The position numbers and the translations under genes were made by a program. A stretch of DNA of 64,000 bases, from assembly GCA_951406725.2 (NCBI GenBank), contig OX597817.1:79174001-79238000 (forward strand), written 5' to 3'. This document shows positions 53,351-64,000 of this stretch, one piece after another (within the stretch, counting starts at the first letter, position 1; each line of letters starts with the position of its first letter). The notes under the pieces are model-generated. The model was not told the DNA's origin. It made no database searches and saw nothing but the letters and a program-made list of their open reading frames with translations. Source of the stretch: Octopus vulgaris. Its lineage: Eukaryota.

Positions 53351-53862
53351 GTTATTATTTACACTTTTCTTTCCCATCACCCATCAACTAATATTTCATA
53401 AATTATTGATTTACTAAATATCCCTCAAATTATATTCCGCCGACTTTGAAACAATGAATATAATGTAGTCTTCGACACACTGACCAATGACTGAAGGCGG
53501 GTTCGCCGCAGCTGGAACACCTCTGAGCACAGGTCAGTCTGTTCGATCAAGGCTGACCTGAAGCTAAGTAACAATAACTTCACTAATTTGTTTGTAGACA
53601 AGACCAGTCAGATAGTGAATAGAAGTGTTACCAGACAGTGTTAATATCTATCTATAATTGGAGAATAGTAATACTGCCAAATTTTCCATTTTACATACAC
53701 GCGCGCGCACACACGCACACGCACCCCCTATACACACATATATAAAGATAGATAGATAGATAGACAGAAAGTGAGAGAGAGAGATAAAAAATGAGTTTCT
53801 ATTACGTATACATGTATATGATATATGTATATTATATATATGTATATACCTATAGACACACG

Positions 53863-53899
<37 letters not shown>

Positions 53900-53905
53900 A
53901 ATATT

Positions 53906-53974
<69 letters not shown>

Positions 53975-55157
53975 GCATAACGAATATATATGTACACACA
54001 CATAAATATATTTATTATTGCTCACATAAATATATATATATACATAGACATAAATTTATACGTACACACACACTCACACACATTTACACACACACACACA
54101 GGCACACACATATTATTTTGTTGGTATCTAGCTTTAAAAGTTAATTCTGTTTAGGTTGTTTCACCCATATTCACAATTAGACTATTTGTGAAGATGATCG
54201 CTCAGTTTGAAGCAAATTATTTCTGTAAACAAATAACAAATAAAATAACTTTGTATATATATACTGAAGCATTTAAAGTGCTAAGTACTCTTTTCTGTAC
54301 GTAAAAGCATCGTTCTTAACAGCCTTCTAAATTGTTCATAATGTATGTTTACACGCATTTAGCACAGATTTTGGGAAAATACCTTACTAAAATTAATTAT
54401 GATGTATTTTGTGGAATACGTATATATTTCAACAGGCATAAATGCCTTGAAATAGAATAATTCTATGAGCAGTTTGAAGTTTCCTTTCTTTTTCTTTAGA
54501 AGGCATTTTAATTATGTAAAGTGTTTGTTTTTCGGTACATTTGTCTGTTACAGTTAGTTTATGTTCAACATCACGTGGCAGCTTAGAAATTCTCTTTTTA
54601 CACCGACTGAGAAAAGAGAAAACAGAAAGCTCTATATTTAGAAGAAAACTTGCTACGAGGTAAGGTCAAGCATCTTTCTTTGTATTGTGTAGAAGTTAAG
54701 TCTATTCTATTATTCTATACATTTTTATCGCAGCTCCACAAAATTATATACATATATATACATACATACATATATATATATTACTGTTTATATGTTTGTA
54801 CTGTCGTTACCGTCTTGCGTTTTTTACCATTTTTTACCCCTCTGCGAAAAGATCTCAGAATTTTAATTGATTTGCCTTTCGCAGGAAGGAAGTTTCTTCG
54901 AAGATACGTCTCGCTTTTATCCTTCGAAACGTAGAGTAGATGAAATCTTAGCGACTGAAGAAGGGGTTTTTTCGTTGTGCTCATTGTCCTGTACTCCCTT
55001 TTTTCTTGTCCTGTTCCTTGGTTTGTGTCTTGTTTTTCGTCTCTCTATGTGTTCGACGTCTTTTTGGTGTCCTGTACACATATATGCGTGTATATGTACA
55101 TGTAGAGGTAGGTACGTACATATATGTTTATATATATGCATATGTTCTTTTATTAAC

Positions 55158-55188
<31 letters not shown>

Positions 55189-55930
55189 AATACATGCAAA
55201 CACACGCACATACACACTCACACACACATATATATACACACATACATACACATATGCAGATATATGTACATGTTTACATACATATGTGTCTTCCCTCAAC
55301 GGAAATCATTTTAGAGAGATAATCATTTTTTCATATTTGGCGGGATTACGAAATTGAATATATAATTAAGGAATTACAAGTAAAAAGATACATAGAATTC
55401 ACATCTAATAATTTTCCCCCATTAATTTATTATAAATTTAAAAAATTTTTGGTAGTGGTATACATATATTGCACCATTTCATTCTTTTTAGAAATTGTCA
55501 GCATGCTATAACCTGGAATTTATTAATTAAATATTTTATGAAAAGAGACACTTCTTTTCAATGGAAATTATCATAGTCTGGAAAAAATTTATGGAATGTC
55601 TGTTTTTCCTTTTTCCCTTCACCATATAGCGTTAGAAGTCTAGCAATTAATATACATGTTAATAGCATTCAGAGAAGATTCCATCTGATAGCTTAATATA
55701 ATAATGAAACTTGTGAAGTATGTACGTATGTACTTGATGAATGTATGTTGAACATGCGAACGTAACCCACGTGCGTTGTTTCCTGGTTATCTTCATTTTA
55801 AATTTCCTTTTTTCTCTACAACATTTACTCTTTCCTTCAGTGTCAACCTAATAATATTTTTAGGATGAACGTCCTTTGTTGTTTTGTTTTTTTAATTTTC
55901 GTAATTGTTTCTACTTTTTGCCTTATATAA

Positions 55931-56523
55931 GTATCAAATGAAATAAAAAACAGAACACAAAGGATGTCGCGGTACACGTGTTTTAAGCTTTATAAAACAA
56001 CTTATTCTTACATCAATGTATAATCGACATAACAGATGGTTTAAAGCTCTCTTCAGCCGCATGCAATTGCTATACCAAAGACCTGTATCACATTATGAAA
56101 AGTTCGAAAAGGAACATTTGGTATTATCTATAATGGTAGGTATATTGAGTTTCACTGAGAAAGTATGTTTGTAAATCTTTATAATCAAATAGGTGTGCAG
56201 GGTATTATTGGACTTGATACAGTATGGACGGATTTTCGAAGTCCAATAATACCCTGCACACCTATTTGATTATGAAGATTTACAAACATACTTTCTCAGT
56301 GAAACTCAATATACCTACCATTATAGATAATACCAAATGTTCCTTTTCGGACTTTTCATAATGTGATACAGGTCTTTGGTATAGCAATTGCATGCGGCAG
56401 AAGAGAGCTTCAAATCATATGTTGTGTTGATTATACATTGATGTAAGAATAAGTTGTTTTATAAAGCTTGAAACACGTGTACCGCGACAGCCTTTGTGTT
56501 CTGTTTTTTATTTCATTTGATAC
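55931..56523. repeat. About 590-bp palindrome (285-bp arms, 23-nt spacer) with an extended-stem-II HHR in each arm
   Basis: Arms 55931-56215 and 56239-56523. HHRs at 55969-56060 (-) and 56394-56485 (+); consensus GCGG-CUGAAGA-GAGCUUUA...UAAAGCUU-GAAA-CACGUG-UA/CCGC. Confidence 0.9.
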
Positions 56524-56640
56524 ATATATCCTCTCACCTCTGCTACTAGCTGGAATATACAGGTGCTTACATTTATCAAGTATTCACCCTGAATTTATTG
56601 TACCTACCTTTTGCCTTATATATATGTATGCACACACACT

Positions 56641-56702
<62 letters not shown>

Positions 56703-57877
56703 GAAATACATTCAATATCCTATAGGTGAGAAAGGACTATTTAAGATTATAACAGTTGAACACCGGATTCGCACACGGAATAGTACAAATTCCTAAAATT
56801 CAACCTTCTAGCTAAGCTAAAAAATATCCGTGGTAAAAGAGCTAGCTATAAGAAATATATAGCACAAGTATGACATAAAGAGACACAAAAATGGAGAAGC
56901 GCGTACTGGCATTATATCATTTATAAAAGATGTTACGTAAGCGTAACCATAAATATATTTCACGAAGAATATATATAGCGCTTTATAACGCTTATGTTTA
57001 TGTGACATCGTAAAGTGAAATATAATGTAATGTCGAAAGAAAGTGATCTTGATACTTTAATTGCGATTGATTTTATTTATATTTTGGTCGAGTGATTTCC
57101 TTGCTATTATGAGCTACGCCTGTGGTTCCAAAAGAACTTTTGGAACCAGATGCGAAGTTCAGTTCTTCAGGCAAGTTACATCCTGTGCACCTACAGGCGC
57201 AATGCAGCAGCTGCCTTCGAAGGTGACCAGTGACAGCGTTTGGATGCTGCAAGAGAAAGAAATCACAGGGCAGCATACGCATCAATGCAGTCAACAGACA
57301 TTCACAGTAACATTTGTGGGCGCCTGCGTACTTCCAGCTTTGGGCAACGGAGTCACATGCGCTCTCATCGCCGAAAACATAGACCTCGTCATTGTCAGAC
57401 GCCGATGGGTTACCAACACAGACGAAACGTAGGGGACTCGGCAAAAATTAAAATATTAATAATCTCTGCTATAGTATCGAATATTCTTTCTTCCGGCAAT
57501 AGACATTAAACATACACTCACACACACAGACATTTTTGTTAATGCAGATAATTACATAAAATACTTTGTAACTTTAAGTTTTATGCATAATTAAGATAAA
57601 TAATTGATCATACGGCAGAAAATTAACATAATTGATTCTCTGGATAATATGGAATATTGAATATATTATATATCGTATATAATTTAAAGATTCCAATTAA
57701 TTACTACTTCGTTGATTGTTTAATTATACATTTCAATTAAACAAGAAACAAAATCATCACATTGTACATTGTATGGTGTGTATTACCTTTACATTCATAC
57801 ACGCACACACACGCATATATTATGTATTTGTATATGTATATGTATATATATATATACATACATATATATATATATAT

Positions 57878-57916
<39 letters not shown>

Positions 57917-58201
57917 AGTATAAACTACAGTTTTATTCAGCTGGACAGCTTTTTAAATAACAAAAGAACGTTTTCCATTGTTTTCCAATATACTGGAACA
58001 AACAACTCTCATCTGAGCAAGCGATTCATTGTGACTACACGCCGTTGACAAGGGTTCCAATGACACCAACCTTTAGCGAGAAGTCCAGATCCATTGACAA
58101 GATGAAATGCATCAGGTCTTCTCGCTAAATGCTGGTGACATTTTCGTATCTTTCAGCACGGCAAATGAAAGACGGAAGATGGAATATACAAGAGTTTATT
58201 A

Positions 58202-58307
58202 ATCACGACGATTGTTTCGACACATCTAGCATCGATCCCTCATAGGTGGGACACTCAACAACTGGTTCAGGAGCTTCCGGCGGTGCAGATGTATCTCATC
58301 GGGTGAT
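58202..58307 (-). ncRNA. Type I hammerhead ribozyme, U4C core, extended stem II
   Basis: AUCAC-CCGAUGA-GAUACAUCU..(about 59 nt)..AGAUGUGUC-GAAA-CAAUCG-UC/GUGAU, then AAUAAA. The partial inverted copy at 59534-59661 has palindromic stem III ACAAUUGU. Confidence 0.8.
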
Positions 58308-58474
58308 AATAGACACAAATCGTTAAAATAACAGTTCCGAAATGTAACTTCTTATTTTGTAGAAAGAAAAGCAGCTAGACGGAGGAAATATCTTCATTTA
58401 AAAAGATCAAAAATAACATCACAGATAGGATAAAAAGAGGCGAACACACAATATATTGAGAAAAGTATTAAAGA

Positions 58475-58868
58475 CTAGCAGTATCGCCCGGCGTTGCTCG
58501 GGTTTGTAAGGGAAATAACTATAAGCATTTTTAGAGATGTAAAGTATAATAGCCATCTCAACATGGCTAACCACAAAGGAGGGGGTGTTACTGTAGCTTT
58601 TTACGTTCTGAGATTTAATAATAAATTTTTAGAGAGTTACTTCCCTTATATATGCCAAAAATGCATTAAAATGGGAAAAATTGATGGTAAATTTCTTTTT
58701 AAATCGTAGACTCATCGTAGACGCGCGCTAATACCCAGAAGGGCTCGATATGAATCAAGACTATAAGATACCCGGTTTTGGTTAAACTGCACCGCAAAAT
58801 GTGGGAGTAGTTAGGAATCTAAATCGTAGGAGACAGACAGCACACAACCTCACTTTTATATATAAAGA
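58475..58868 (-). mobile_element. Non-autonomous Helitron
   Basis: Minus strand: A|TCTTTATATATAAAAG..., 3' hairpin CCCGAGC aac GCCGGG, then CTAG|T. Confidence 0.88.
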
Positions 58869-59747
58869 TAACCGTTAACAAATATGGATGTATAAACGCC
58901 CTCTGGCAAGCTGCATGGCGTGAGTACATTCTCTTACATAAGCATCCGCGAAAATATGAGCATATGCTCACGTGAGGTTTGGAGCACTCATGATCACAAA
59001 GCGAGTTAACTATCTACTTTGTGTTTGTAAGAATGAGGAATATATAAGTAAACTTATTCATCCATACCGTAAAGTAAATTATTTTAACAGTTACGTAAAA
59101 TTCATTCCCACTGCATGGTGCGAAAGTACATCTATATGCGTCGAGGCATCTCTCATTAGTCTATTAATGATTTTCTCATTCCTCGGCGTAGAGACGGCAT
59201 CTCCTGGAAATTACATTGTATGGTTTCGTGTGCCTTACTATGGACCAAGTTATGCTGTGCTTCATTTTATCGTCCTTCAGTCATCATACAAAAAAAAATA
59301 GCATCACGGAAAATAGCATCATACAAAATCAGCCAAAGATATTGGATGTCTCTTATTGATTGTCTCAAAACTGGTGACATGGTTACGATAACGATTCTCA
59401 AGCGAATCAGCCGTCTGCCCAATGTAAACATTCGGTCCTCCCTTTGTTTGCAAGATTTGTACTCATACCGAGATTCATCAATGGACATTTTGATTAATTT
59501 ATGCATGAGCATTTATCGTATTTATTTGTTTATACCGCCGAATGCTCTTGAACCAGCTGTTGAGTGTCCCACTCGTGAGGGATCGATGCTAGATGTGTCG
59601 AAACAATTGTCGTGATTAATAAATTCTAGTATATTCCATCTTCCGTCTTTCATTTGCCATGTACATAACGATCACTGTGAACGTGACCGTGCTTTACCAG
59701 TAAGCTACCAGGTGTAAACCATTAGTTTTATTATCCAATATATATAA

Positions 59748-60262
59748 CACGCTGGGCGAAATGCTTAGCGCTATTTCGTCTGCCGCTACGTTCGGAGTTC
59801 AAATTCCGCCGAGGTCGACTTTGCCATTCATCCCTTCGGGGTCGATTAAATTAAGTACCAGTTACGCACTGAGGTCAAGTAATCGACTTAACCATTTTGT
59901 CTGTCCTTGTTTGTCGGTTACATTGACCCCAGTGCGTAACTGGTACTTATTTAATCGAGCCCGAAAGGATGAAAGGCAAGTCGACCTCGGCGGAATTTGA
60001 ACTCAGAACGTAGCGGCAGACGAAATACCTATTTCTTTACTATCCACAAGGAGCTAAACACAGAGAGGACAAACAAGGACAGGCAAAGGGATTAAGTCGA
60101 TTACATCGACTCTAGTGCGTAACTGGTACTTAATTTATCGACACCGAAAGGATGAAAGGCAAAGTCGACCGCGGCGGAATTTGAACTCAGAACGTGACGG
60201 CAGACGAAATACCGATAAGCATCTCGCCCGGTGTGCTAACGATTCTGCCAGCTCGCCACCCT
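59748..60262. mobile_element. SINE family B cluster: a plus-strand partial copy fused to a minus-strand dimer
   Basis: Matches the other family B copies in both orientations. Confidence 0.85.
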
Positions 60263-60769
60263 AATGCATCTAAAATATTAGTGAAAGAATGGACGATGTT
60301 GGGTATTTTAAATTAAGTTTAATTAACAATAGTTTGAGTTTGAATCAAAGAGAGGGGAAACATACAGTAATAGAGTCAGGCTGTACTTGACTATACTGGG
60401 ATGTTTCCAGAGCTCCGCATCAAGCAATTCTTTTCCCTTCTTCCCTACACCTCATCATCACTTCCTTCACAAATAACACTCGATAAATCCTCCAGTAATT
60501 TGCTGTAGACATGTCCGGTCAGATAGAGGAGGGAAAGTGTTATCTGACATAGTCGATATCCATTTATGATGGAGATCGGGATCGATGCCAAATTTGGAGC
60601 AACACCACCGACCTTAAAATAGTTTGATATAAAGACTTGATATTTTTGATAGAAAGTACGTAAAACACAGGATCTTTCACACACACACACATACACACAC
60701 ACACGCATGCTAGTACATACACACATCCACGTACGCACATAAAAAAACACGCACACGTACATAAACACA

Positions 60770-61800
60770 CACTTTCTCTTATCTTTATCACTTTCTCACT
60801 CTTTCTTTTTAAGCCTCCTTCATTTTCATCTTTCCCTATCAACTCATTCTTTCTCTTCTCCCTCTCTCTCAACACACACATACTCTCTTTTCTCTCTCTC
60901 CCTATCAATACACACTTTCTCTCCTCTCCTTCTCTCTCTCTCAACACACACTCTTTCTTCTCCTTCTCTCTGCTTTCCCTATGTCTCTCTCTCAATACTA
61001 ACTCTCTCCTCTCTCTCTCTTGTTAGCACTCTGTCTCTATTTAACACACTTCTATTTCCTCTCACAGATTTCTCTTCCTCTTTCTCTCATTCTTTTACTA
61101 CCGCTACATTATCTCTAAATTCCTTTTCTTCTCTGTCTCTCTATCTTTCATTCATACACCAGTCACCATCATCACCACCATTACCAGCATCATCACGGCC
61201 ACCACCATCACAACTACCACCAAACCACCACCACAACCATTACTCTCACCACCTCCATCACTACCATGATCACTATATGCAAAATCTCTTTCTTTTCTTC
61301 TTTCACTTTATTGATATATCCTATCTTTACCCAGCTTTCTTTGATCTCTCTTTTATTCCACTTTCTATCATTCATTCTTTTTCTTTCACTCACACCAATT
61401 TCTACTCATTCTTTACCCTACCTCCTTATTCCCTCTCACTTACCCTCAATTCTATTATACAACCACTCCCTTCCTCTTTCCTTCCTATTATGTTTTCTAC
61501 TCCCTCATACTTCCACTTGTTTCTCATTACCTCCATCTCTTTCTCCTTTACTCAAAAATTATCTCGCTCTCAACTCTTTGCCCTTTGCCCCTAATATTTA
61601 ATACTCTTCCATATTCTTCTCCTCCACTTCTATATTCCTTTCTCCCTTATATTTCATTCTCCCTCTCTCTTACTCCCAATACCCTTTCTATCTCATACTC
61701 TCGTCCCTCTTTCTTACACCCTCTCGTACTCCTATTCGTGTCTATATTCCAGCTAACTCTGATCCCTTTCTTCTCTTTTTTCCTCTCCCCTGATCTACCT
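60770..61800 (+). repeat. About 1-kb pyrimidine-rich, G-depleted low-complexity tract
   Basis: Degenerate (CT)n/(ACC)n with very few G on the + strand. Confidence 0.85.
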
Positions 61801-62265
61801 ACTAGCTAAGGAAGTATATTATTCGTTGTTTCTTGACCAACTACAAATAACGACCTAAATATCCTCAAATCACACACTCGTTTTCAGGGTTTTTTTTAAA
61901 GCCCACATTTATATACCTGTATGGCCATGACGGAATTTATTGAGATAGATTTGCTTTGGTGGGGTGGATGACCTTTCTGTTGCCAACCCTTACCTATTTC
62001 GAAGCAAGGTAAATTCGCCCAGGAAATATTTTCGCAGAATATTGAAAATGAATGACAAGTAGAAGTCACAAGCATACACACACTCGCACATGTATGTATA
62101 TACATAAATGCATATGCACATCCATCCATCCATCCATCCATCCATCCATCCATCCATCCATCCATTCATACATACATACATACATACATACATGCATACA
62201 TACATACATACATGCATATATATATACATATATATATATACTTAACAAAGCTGAAAATACATCAC

Positions 62266-62311
62266 AAAACTGTTACTCAGAGTTTCACGTTCCTGTTCGT
62301 CGGAGAGTTTT
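62266..62311 (-). ncRNA. HHR-like motif, U4C core, within an inverted-arm insert (62242-62460)
   Basis: AAAACUCU-CCGACGA-AC aggaac GU-GAAA-CUCUGAG-UA/ACAGUUUU. A partial inverted copy lies at 62336-62390. Confidence 0.7.
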
Positions 62312-62462
62312 GGTTGAGAATAGATAGAAATTAATGAACGTGAAACTCTGAGTAACAGTTTTTGTGATGTCTTTGCAGTTTTATTAACAAAGTATATTAC
62401 TCTACCTCCTGTATTCGAGTACTATTTTTTCCACCTTGTTTCACATTTATGTGCTTCTGCTG

Positions 62463-62527
<65 letters not shown>

Positions 62528-62528
62528 T

Positions 62529-62757
62529 AGGAAATGAAGAAAATGCTGACAAAATAATTTAAGTAATTTAATTAGGTGAAAGTTATTTTTACCGGTTGCG
62601 CATTTGTTATGCTTATCAAAAGATTTTTTCCTCTTATCAGATAAGAGGAAAAAAACTTTTGATAAGCATAACAAATGCGCAACCGGTAAAAAGAACTTTC
62701 ACCTAATTAAATTACTTAAATTACTTAAATTATTTTGTCAGCATTTTCTTCATTTCC
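62529..62757. repeat. About 230-bp near-perfect palindrome carrying a degenerate U3-A8 HHR in each arm
   Basis: Centre at about 62640. UUGAUAA-GCAU aacaa AUGC-GCAA-CCGG-UA at 62659-62688 and its mirror; GCAA replaces GAAA in both arms. Confidence 0.85.
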
Positions 62758-62933
62758 TTTTTTATATATCACAACTCGTGTTCCACATCTCCTTTTTTAA
62801 ATATATATATATATGCATGTATGTATGTATATACACATTCACGTTTGTATATATATATATATATATATATATAACTGTGGCTGTATATGTGCATGTATGT
62901 ATATATGTTTGTGTATATATAGATGGATCTCTT

Positions 62934-63000
<67 letters not shown>

Positions 63001-63593
63001 ACACAAGAATATTGTAAGCATCGGCTTCGAAGGCCACGAAGGCTTAGCTGGCCGAAACTTTGAACTCTCTGTCAACAACGTTCTTGTATAATAATAAGAA
63101 ATTGGACTCTACAAAAGTATTGCGTAACCCATCAGATTAATATAAAATTGTTTTTACTATAACTGAACATAAAAATAAACAGTAATATATAAGCATGCAT
63201 ATATAAGCATGTGGTTTTACTTATTATACTTATTATATTATATTAAACTTTTTAATACCTTTTTGATAGTTATATATATAAAAAAAATTTTTTTATTATA
63301 ATATTAAAAAATTAAAGGTTTAAAAATTTATAAATTTAAAATTTTAAAAATATTAAAAAATATAAAAATTTATAAATATAAATTAAAAATTTTAAATTTA
63401 AATAATTTAATTTTAAATTTTATATTTTATATATTTTGTATATTATTAATTATATTTATTTTTATGTTTTGGTTTATGTTTTTCACTGTTTGATTTGCCC
63501 AATAGTGGTTTTATCTCTAATTTGATTTATATTTATACTGTAAAATTTGATTTAATCCTAAATCTAATTTTTCTCTGTAAGTTTGGATTTACG

Positions 63594-63647
<54 letters not shown>

Positions 63648-63653
<6 letters not shown>

Positions 63654-63845
63654 TAATCCAAACATGAAAGCACAAAAAACACAACAACGCGAGGACGTGG
63701 AACAAATATAGTATTATTGGACGCTCAGGAAAGAAGGAAAGAAGGCGGGTTTAACGTTTCGAGCGGAGCTCTTCGTCGGAAACATAGGAGAAGGTAAGAT
63801 CCAGAGAAGGGAAGACAGAGGGAAAAAATCGCCAACGGTACACAC
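63648..63845 (-). mobile_element. Copy of the 12373-12567 element, HHR-like motif at 63749-63783
   Basis: GUUU-CCGACGA-A-GAGC ucc GCUC-GAAA-CG-UU/AAAC; (TA)n flanks. Confidence 0.82.
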
Positions 63846-63876
63846 GCGGTCACATTTTTATATATATATGTATATG

Positions 63877-63913
<37 letters not shown>

Positions 63914-64000
63914 GATAACGCCATAAAGAGTATTGTCACCGAAAGGCAATCTCTATCGCTAACTTAATATGGATAATGTGTTAGAACACAGAGTACTGTG

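Overview
AT-rich, microsatellite-saturated eukaryotic DNA, most likely an octopus (cephalopod) intergenic or intronic region. This is inferred from decayed YHCDICGKSFS-type C2H2 zinc-finger repeats, three very abundant tRNA-derived SINE families and extreme (TA)n/(CA)n/(TAA)n density. No intact host gene is supported, and nearly all listed ORFs are translations of simple repeats. The window holds a C2H2-ZNF pseudogene, a near-complete but disrupted Neptune-like Penelope-like element (PLE; RT + GIY-YIG) and PLE fragments, (TAA)n-targeting R4/Dong LINE pieces, CR1/L2-type LINE remnants, Tc1/mariner elements, three non-autonomous Helitrons and many SINEs. The main hidden signal is a set of about a dozen type I hammerhead-ribozyme (HHR) folds, from roughly ten sequence families, in small mostly microsatellite-flanked inserts. 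They show covariation of the core 3-8 base pair (C-G, U-A, A-U), a recurrent U4C core, palindromic stem III, and in several families a 50-75 nt extension of stem II. Many are arranged as head-to-head inverted pairs with 3' tails facing outward. All folds were made by eye and no cleavage activity is demonstrated. Repeat boundaries are approximate unless termini are quoted.
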